A stretch of 13,159 bases of DNA from a candidate division WOR-3 bacterium (GTDB lineage Bacteria; Hydrothermota; Hydrothermia; LBFQ01; DSFT01). The stretch covers positions 1-13,159 of the forward strand of contig CBFGJN010000053.1 in NCBI GenBank assembly GCA_965649115.1, written 5' to 3'. The notes beneath the pieces are model-generated. The model was not told where the DNA came from, ran no database searches, and saw only the letters and a list, made by a program, of their open reading frames with translations. The translations under genes and the position numbers were made by a program. Positions 7,102 through 13,159 of this stretch are shown in pieces (position 1 is the stretch's first letter; each line of letters begins with the position of its first letter).

Positions 7102-7205
7102 GCCTTGTCTATTAATTCTAAAACTATTTATTTCTCTATACTTTCCCTACCCACCCAAAAATAAGCCTTCAGCTTATAAATGCCCCATTTTTCGGCAGGG
7201 GACTA
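7102..7205 (+). mobile_element. Right-truncated, more degenerate MITE-like copy abutting the direct repeat
   Basis: Starts with GCCTTGTCTATTAATT and contains ACCCACCCAAAAATAAGCCTTCAGCTTATAAAT, as in the 6928 copy. The end coordinate is approximate. Confidence 0.85.
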
Positions 7206-7221
7206 ACATTTAATAAACTTC

Positions 7222-7710
7222 TTAATCTTTTAATAACCCAAATTTTTTTAATAATTCAACTTTAACAATTTTTGGAACAAAATTATCTATATTTCCACCA
7301 AGCATAGCTACTTCTTTAACAAGACTTGATGATAAAAAGAAGTACTCTTCTGACGGCATTAAAAAAATTGTTTCAATATCATTAAATAATTTTCTATTCA
7401 TCCAAGCGATTTGAAATTCATAATCAAAATCAGAAACCGCCCTTATTCCTCTTATAATTACACTTACATTTAATTTCCTACACAAATCAACAAGGAGACC
7501 TTCAAATGTCAAAACTTCTACGTTTTCAATCCCTTTTAAACTTTCTTTAACCAAAAATAACCGTTCCTCTAATGTAAATAGTGGATTTTTATGCCTTGGT
7601 TGAGCTATTGCTATAATAACAATATCAAAAAGTTTTTTAGCTCTTTTGACAATATCAATATGAGCATTTGTAATAGGGTCAAATGTTCCTGGATATATAG
7701 CTCTTTTCAT
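7222..7710 (-). CDS. coaD: Phosphopantetheine adenylyltransferase
   Basis: AIYPGTFDPITNAH, PLFTLEER, IRGIRAVSDFDYE and LSSSLVKE motifs. Confidence 0.97.
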   Translation of the reverse strand: MKRAIYPGTFDPITNAHIDIVKRAKKLFDIVIIAIAQPRHKNPLFTLEERLFLVKESLKGIENVEVLTFEGLLVDLCRKLNVSVIIRGIRAVSDFDYEFQIAWMNRKLFNDIETIFLMPSEEYFFLSSSLVKEVAMLGGNIDNFVPKIVKVELLKKFGLLKD

Positions 7711-9365
7711 AATAAATTTTTCTCCATTATCTCAAAAATTTCGGATAATTCAAAGCTTTTGTGAAATCTCAAAATCACTATCCCAACGTTGTAAATTTCA
7801 AATATACTAAAACTATGAACCTTACTATTAAATAAACTCAAAATTTTTTCAATATCTATTTCTTCCCTCTTTTTGGATATCCCAACTATATAAAATCTTT
7901 CAGAAGATAAAACTTCATAAATTGTTTTTTCATTTGAAAGAAATCTCGTAAGTAAAATATAAGCAAATTTAATTTCTTCTGCTATTTCATTAGCAAACAA
8001 ATTTAATCTCAAAATATCGTCATATTGATAAAATAATCGTTTTACAATTCTTTCAGAAACTTTATTTCCTAAAATTTCCATAACTTCATATAGTTTTTGA
8101 ACATTTAAATTCCTAATCCCTTCATCAAAATCTCTAATTTTTGGAGCAATTTCAGAAATTGACCTTTTCAAAGAATTATAAACATCAATTTCATTTTCAA
8201 AATTTTCCAATAAAGCAGACAATTTTGCGTGAATAACCTGAACATTACCTCTTAACTTATTTTCAAAGGACAAAATTGAAAACTTATTCTTCTTTAATGT
8301 TTCAATCAAAATGTTTTCATTACATCGTTCATTAGAATGTAAAATTAAAAATAATCTTAAATCAATTCTATTTGTATCTATATCCTCAGGTAAAATTAAC
8401 ATTTGAGATATATTCGTTCTTTCAACTTCTGATATTAAATAAGGTATTAAAATTCTTCCATATAATTCCATACCCGCTCTAATTTTAAAGAATTTTAACC
8501 GTTTTTCTTTTGGCTTTGAAAATTCCTCTTTTAAATAATTTAAGATAATTGAGTGTTTATCTTCCGATATGAAATTCTCATTTTCATCTGTGATTTCAAG
8601 TCTTATAACGATTATTCCTTCATCAGTTATAAATTCTTTATCAAATTTTCTATGATAATTTCCAATAACCTCTTTTAATGCATCAAGAACATCATCTAAG
8701 GAAACATTTTCGTAATATCCAACAATTGTTAAACCTGTTAGCTTTTCTCTTTTGGTTATAAAATTATGAATATCAATTTGAACATTTTTCGTTTTCAAAA
8801 ATTCTTTCTGTAATTTATAAGACTTATAAACAATATAAGCCAAATCTTCAACTTTTCTTTCAGATAAGTACTGCTCTGAACGAGAAAGAACAAATTTAAT
8901 TAATTCGCCATTTTCACTAATAATATCTTTATATTCTTCTTCATCAGCTAAATCCTTCAATTTGTCCATTATTTCATTATAAATTTTAATTTTCTTTGTT
9001 CCTATGTTCAAAAGTTTTGTTAAAGATAATCCACCTTTTATTGCAGTTTTTAAAAGATTTAAAAATTTATTTCTATTTTGTTCAAGTCTTATAATTTCAT
9101 TTTCATTTAAATTTTTTATTTTAAGAACAATAATTGCTTCATTATTTTCAGTTGCAAATGCATAAGCAAAATGGATATTAAAACCTTCATCGTGAAACAA
9201 ACCAAGAACTGCATCCATAATGCCAGCCCAATCCTTTGCAATAATATATATTGTAAATACCTTTTTGTTATAATTAATCTCAACTTTTGGCTCATTAGTT
9301 TTTCTAAAATTTTCTAATAAACTTATAACTTTATGTTCATCTTCAACCGAAAGTTTTTCTAACAT
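7707..9365 (-). CDS. Uncharacterised 552-aa protein with ACT-like domain(s)
   Basis: IYIIAKDWAGIMDAVLGLFHDEGFNIHFAYAF resembles GlnD-type ACT domains. No catalytic motif recognised. Overlaps the coaD start by 4 bp. Confidence 0.55.
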   Translation of the reverse strand: MLEKLSVEDEHKVISLLENFRKTNEPKVEINYNKKVFTIYIIAKDWAGIMDAVLGLFHDEGFNIHFAYAFATENNEAIIVLKIKNLNENEIIRLEQNRNKFLNLLKTAIKGGLSLTKLLNIGTKKIKIYNEIMDKLKDLADEEEYKDIISENGELIKFVLSRSEQYLSERKVEDLAYIVYKSYKLQKEFLKTKNVQIDIHNFITKREKLTGLTIVGYYENVSLDDVLDALKEVIGNYHRKFDKEFITDEGIIVIRLEITDENENFISEDKHSIILNYLKEEFSKPKEKRLKFFKIRAGMELYGRILIPYLISEVERTNISQMLILPEDIDTNRIDLRLFLILHSNERCNENILIETLKKNKFSILSFENKLRGNVQVIHAKLSALLENFENEIDVYNSLKRSISEIAPKIRDFDEGIRNLNVQKLYEVMEILGNKVSERIVKRLFYQYDDILRLNLFANEIAEEIKFAYILLTRFLSNEKTIYEVLSSERFYIVGISKKREEIDIEKILSLFNSKVHSFSIFEIYNVGIVILRFHKSFELSEIFEIMEKNLL

Positions 9366-9370
9366 AACTA

Positions 9371-9376
9371 ATTTTA
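9371..9376 (-). promoter_or_regulatory. Putative -10 box TAAAAT
   Basis: Lies 5 nt upstream of the ATG at 9365, with no Shine-Dalgarno. Confidence 0.4.
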
Positions 9377-9398
9377 AAATTTTAAAGGTTAATAATAA

Positions 9399-10046
9399 TT
9401 ACCTTGTAAAGAAAACACCAAGTTGTGAGGTTCCATAAGCAATAAAAGAAAACCTATATCCAGGATAAGGTTTAAATTTTTCAAGAATTTTATAATCTAC
9501 TAAAAAAATTCTTATTTCATACCTACTATTTGGAGTATCAATATAATAAAATGGAATTAATATACTATCTGTTTCTTTTGGTAAAAAATCTGTCTGATAA
9601 ACAAGTGTTGGATTTTTACTTTTATTTTCAAAGAAAACAACAAAATAATAGTTATGATTTTTAATATAATTACTATCAACCTTCCACTTAACGATTAAAT
9701 TTTCGTTTAAATTAATATATTGAGATTCAGGTTTAATTATTACAAATGTATCAGGGACTTCAATTGTTGTAAATGGAATTTCCTCATAAATATCCCTATA
9801 ATAAACTTTCAATGTATAATTGGTATTAGGAATGTACTGATAATTTGCAGAATAAAATGGATGGTAATAACTTAAACTTTTATCATTTAAATAAATCTGA
9901 GCATCAGAAATAACTTGTGAATTTTTAATATCATAAAACGCCACAAAAATCAAATCATTAGCAAAAATACCATACAAACTGTAATCAAATTCGCTTGTAG
10001 ATTTTTTACATCCAAAAAGCATTAAAATAATAAAAAGTCTTTTCAT
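9399..10046 (-). CDS. Putative lipoprotein, beta-rich (possibly DUF4249-like)
   Basis: Signal peptide and lipobox MKRLFIILMLFG-C. Paralogous to 10043-10699. Confidence 0.75.
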   Translation of the reverse strand: MKRLFIILMLFGCKKSTSEFDYSLYGIFANDLIFVAFYDIKNSQVISDAQIYLNDKSLSYYHPFYSANYQYIPNTNYTLKVYYRDIYEEIPFTTIEVPDTFVIIKPESQYINLNENLIVKWKVDSNYIKNHNYYFVVFFENKSKNPTLVYQTDFLPKETDSILIPFYYIDTPNSRYEIRIFLVDYKILEKFKPYPGYRFSFIAYGTSQLGVFFTR

Positions 10047-10699
10047 CTTATCTTAATAATTAAAGTTGAACCTCTTCCTACAAAAATCAAAGAATTTGGA
10101 AAATTAGGATATGGTTCAAAATTATTTATTATACAAAAATTCCCGCTTATCAAAAGTAAATCATAATCAGTAATTTCTAAATTTGAAGTATTCAATTGGT
10201 AAGTTGTATCTGATATTGGAATATAACCAGTTGAAGCATTAAATTCTACACTACCTTTTTTCTTTAATAAAATCATATTTTTGCCACTTGGCATTCCAAA
10301 ATATCTCCATTTCACATTTATTATATCACCTCTATTAACACTATCTTTATCAACCATAACCCTAATACTATCAAGATTTCCAGATAAGCAATCAATACTT
10401 ACATTATAACTATCAAAAATTATCTCAACTTTATAGTTTTGATTATTTTTATAAATAGTAATAGTTGAATAACCAAGTGCAGAACTATTATAAGTTATCT
10501 GACTACCATTTATTTTAACAATAGCATCTTGAACATATAAATTATCACTTAGATTTTTTATCCTAATTAAACCAACAGCTAAACTATCAGGATATCCTGA
10601 AATTGTATTTATTGTACCTGCAATTGCATAACTTTTGGCTTGAAAAGAATTTTCATTTTTTGAACAAGAAATTAAAATCAAAATAAAAAAAATTATCAT
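10043..10699 (-). CDS. Putative lipoprotein, beta-rich (possibly DUF4249-like)
   Basis: Lipobox MIIFFILILIS-C. 4-bp overlaps with both neighbouring genes. Confidence 0.75.
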   Translation of the reverse strand: MIIFFILILISCSKNENSFQAKSYAIAGTINTISGYPDSLAVGLIRIKNLSDNLYVQDAIVKINGSQITYNSSALGYSTITIYKNNQNYKVEIIFDSYNVSIDCLSGNLDSIRVMVDKDSVNRGDIINVKWRYFGMPSGKNMILLKKKGSVEFNASTGYIPISDTTYQLNTSNLEITDYDLLLISGNFCIINNFEPYPNFPNSLIFVGRGSTLIIKIR

Positions 10700-11286
10700 C
10701 TCCTAAAACCCAATCCAACATTAAAAATTGGAACATTATAATCTGGTCTTAAATACAATGAAAATCCTAATTGAATGAATTTTCTATTGTAAATTAAACA
10801 TAACGAATTTAAGGATGTTATAAAGCTGAAATCTTTGTAATCATAAATCAATTTTAAAATTCCATAAAGGTACTTTTGATTATAAGGTTTAAAGGGTTTT
10901 ATATTCAAATCAATATCATAAATCAACTCGGGTTTTATTGAAAAATTGGAAAAAATTTTGTTCTTTATTCCGAAATTTATTCTAAGATAATTCAAAGTAT
11001 CTGAAAAATTCTCAAAGTTTTGAAATTGATTTTGACTTGTAAAGTTCATACTCACTGAGATATTTTCAAAAATTTTTCTTTCAAATCCAAAGTTAAATAA
11101 AAATTCTAGTAATTCTTTATTTCCTGATGGTGTTTCCGTTTTTTTTAGACTTTTACCATAAAATCCATTTATAAACAAATTATTTGATAAACCTGCCCTT
11201 TCAATAGTTGAATTATAACCCATACATCCAAAGAGAAAAATTAAAAAGATATAAAAAATTTTCAAGAAATAAATTTTAAAGGACAT
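10696..11286 (-). CDS. Putative outer-membrane beta-strand protein with a lipobox-like signal
   Basis: Hydrophobic N-terminus ending LFG-C, alternating amphipathic strands (FLFNFGF, LRINFGI, IQLGFSLY) and C-terminal FNVGLGFRR. Confidence 0.55.
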   Translation of the reverse strand: MSFKIYFLKIFYIFLIFLFGCMGYNSTIERAGLSNNLFINGFYGKSLKKTETPSGNKELLEFLFNFGFERKIFENISVSMNFTSQNQFQNFENFSDTLNYLRINFGIKNKIFSNFSIKPELIYDIDLNIKPFKPYNQKYLYGILKLIYDYKDFSFITSLNSLCLIYNRKFIQLGFSLYLRPDYNVPIFNVGLGFRR

Positions 11287-12246
11287 TTAATAAAAAACTT
11301 TTAATTCATCTATTCTTAAAATTTTTTCATTCTCAGCTTTGTTTAAAGCATATTCTATTTCTTCATTTATTTGATTTCTGTATTTTTCAATAATTTCATC
11401 GTTTAAAATTTTCTTTTCTTTTAAATAATTTTCAAATTTTTTTAAAGGATCAAATTGTTCATTCCAAATTTTAACGATTTCGGGATTTAAATATCTAGAA
11501 TAATCTTCATCAGTCGTATGAGGTGTTAATCTATAAACAATAGCTTCTACGAATGCAGGTTTCCCTTTTGATTTAATCAATTTAATTGTTTTATAAACTT
11601 CAATAATATCTGTTCCATCAATTCTATAACTATCAATGATACCTGAAAACTTCTGGGCTAAGTTTTCATTTAATGTTTGAAAACCAATACCTTCTTTCTT
11701 CAATTGAATATCCTTTCTTGAAGGAACACTTATTGCAAGACCATTATTCTCACAAACAAATATAACATTAACATTATAAATTGTTGCCAAATTCAAACCT
11801 TCATAAAATTCACCTTCACTTGTCCCACCATCACCCAAATTTGTTAAAACCCAATAATTCTTATTACTTAACTTCCCTGCAAGCGCTAATCCTACCGCTT
11901 GGGGACACTGACTTGAAATTGTTACATAAAAATTTGTCATATTTAAATTGTCGGGAATTTTTTCACCAAGTGGATTTCCCCTCCAATACAAAAATGCATT
12001 ATACAAAGGAAAACCAAATGTTATTGCAAGAGCTGTCCCTCTATAATAAGGCATTATCCAGTCATCTTTACTTAAAGCTAATGCACAACCCACTTGAACA
12101 GCCTCATGTCCTCTAAATGATGGATATGTACCAAGTCTTCCTTGTCTTCTCAAAATAAAACATTTTTCATCAAACATTCTAACTCTCAAAAGATGATAAT
12201 AAAAGTTTAATAATTGTTCTTTATTGAATTCTAATTCTCCTTCCAT
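11287..12246 (-). CDS. 2-oxoacid dehydrogenase E1 alpha subunit (PdhA/BkdA-like)
   Basis: RQGRLGTY, GHEAVQVG, DWIMPYYR, the TPP motif GDGGTSEGEFYEGLN...CENN, and YRLTPHTT. The substrate cannot be assigned from sequence. Confidence 0.92.
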   Translation of the reverse strand: MEGELEFNKEQLLNFYYHLLRVRMFDEKCFILRRQGRLGTYPSFRGHEAVQVGCALALSKDDWIMPYYRGTALAITFGFPLYNAFLYWRGNPLGEKIPDNLNMTNFYVTISSQCPQAVGLALAGKLSNKNYWVLTNLGDGGTSEGEFYEGLNLATIYNVNVIFVCENNGLAISVPSRKDIQLKKEGIGFQTLNENLAQKFSGIIDSYRIDGTDIIEVYKTIKLIKSKGKPAFVEAIVYRLTPHTTDEDYSRYLNPEIVKIWNEQFDPLKKFENYLKEKKILNDEIIEKYRNQINEEIEYALNKAENEKILRIDELKVFY

Positions 12247-13045
12247 AAGACTTCAATATAACTTCAAGAGGAAAAGGACCAATTATAGCCTTTGCATAAG
12301 TTGAATCAAATCTATAAATTTTAAGAATTCCGATAAATGTCTTTAAATAGGTTGTATCAACACTTGTAATATAAGCTGTATCTTTTTTTATAGTGGTATC
12401 ATTACAAGCAAGTGTTTGAGGCTTTGTTTGATAGCGATACTTAACTTTAAAGAAATTACGAGAAAGGATTTTAAATGTACTATCATTACCACTTTCAACT
12501 ACAACTTTGATTGTACTATCAACTTTAAAAGTATCAACATATATCCGTAAAGAACAAGGACTAATTTGTTGATTTGTAAAGAAAATTGTATCATATATAG
12601 GTTTTGATTGACTTTCAATGGGAACCCAACTTTCATTTAGCACAAGAGGAGCCTTAAAAATTTTATTTGAAATTTTAATTTGAGTATTGTTTAAGAATTG
12701 AAACTTTAATGTATCAATAACAAAAGGCTCATAAACATAAAGAGTATCATAAGTTTTATTTGATGTAGAAAGCGAAGAATCGTAAAATTCAACATTTAAA
12801 TTTCCAAAAGTATCTTTTATAACTCTTATAAAAGTATCTTCAATTACGCTAGTAGAATCAATAGCATTTGTAATTTTAAATTTTGTAGTATCAATAGAAT
12901 AGTATTTGTGAGATTTACCAATTCCAAAACCCCAATAAAGGAGAATATCGTATTTTGAAAATTGAGGATTTTGTGGAGATGAATTATCAGATTTTTTTGA
13001 ACATCCAAAGAAAATCAAAATTAAAGTTAAAAGAAAATAAAACAT
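12221..13045 (-). CDS. Putative lipoprotein, Asp/Thr-rich beta protein
   Basis: Lipobox MFYFLLTLILIFFG-C followed by a polar linker. Overlaps the E1-alpha start by 26 bp. Confidence 0.75.
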   Translation of the reverse strand: MFYFLLTLILIFFGCSKKSDNSSPQNPQFSKYDILLYWGFGIGKSHKYYSIDTTKFKITNAIDSTSVIEDTFIRVIKDTFGNLNVEFYDSSLSTSNKTYDTLYVYEPFVIDTLKFQFLNNTQIKISNKIFKAPLVLNESWVPIESQSKPIYDTIFFTNQQISPCSLRIYVDTFKVDSTIKVVVESGNDSTFKILSRNFFKVKYRYQTKPQTLACNDTTIKKDTAYITSVDTTYLKTFIGILKIYRFDSTYAKAIIGPFPLEVILKSYGRRIRIQ

Positions 13046-13051
13046 ACTTAA

Positions 13052-13057
13052 ATTTTA
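13052..13057 (-). promoter_or_regulatory. Putative -10 box TAAAAT
   Basis: Lies 6 nt upstream of the ATG at 13045, with no Shine-Dalgarno. Confidence 0.45.
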
Positions 13058-13074
13058 AAGGATAGATAAAATTT

Positions 13075-13135
13075 GCTGTGTCTAGTAACTCTGAAATATA
13101 GATTATTTCTTTATTTCACCGACCTAACACCCCTT
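13075..13135 (+). mobile_element. Left-end fragment of the MITE-like element
   Basis: GCTGTGTCTAGTAACTCTGAAATATAGATTATTTCTTTATTT matches the left ends at 5059 and 6928, then diverges. The end coordinate is approximate. Confidence 0.85.
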
Positions 13136-13159
13136 ATGAAAAACCGCGAATAAAATGCT

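Noticed and set aside
6926..7213. 95-aa ORF with an internal repeat, possible mini-transposase or peptide
   Set aside because: It is a read-through of two tandem element copies. The frame is not preserved in the other copies, which differ by indels.
11781..12116. 111-aa plus-strand ORF
   Set aside because: It is antisense to E1-alpha with a TTG start and no recognisable motifs.

Overview
AT-rich bacterial chromosomal window. The + strand carries a 5'-truncated beta-class amino-DNA methyltransferase coupled to an R.PabI-family (HALFPIPE) restriction DNA glycosylase, then a small membrane protein, panB, murG and rsmG. The - strand carries a lipoprotein, an orphan 2-oxoacid dehydrogenase E1-alpha, a beta-barrel-like protein, two paralogous lipoproteins, an ACT-domain protein coupled to coaD, an OPT transporter and an alpha/beta hydrolase. 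The most striking feature is non-coding: every intergenic gap longer than about 100 bp holds copies of one 160-200 bp MITE-like element (about 10 whole or partial copies). It has 16-bp terminal inverted repeats (GCTKTGTCYARTAATT), two internal palindromes and an IHF-consensus site next to the right end. Both complete copies are flanked by 11-bp direct repeats and sit exactly against the left end of an older, truncated copy. At four loci the left end lies 30-39 bp upstream of a start codon that has an apparently leaderless -10 box. No transposase is present in the window.
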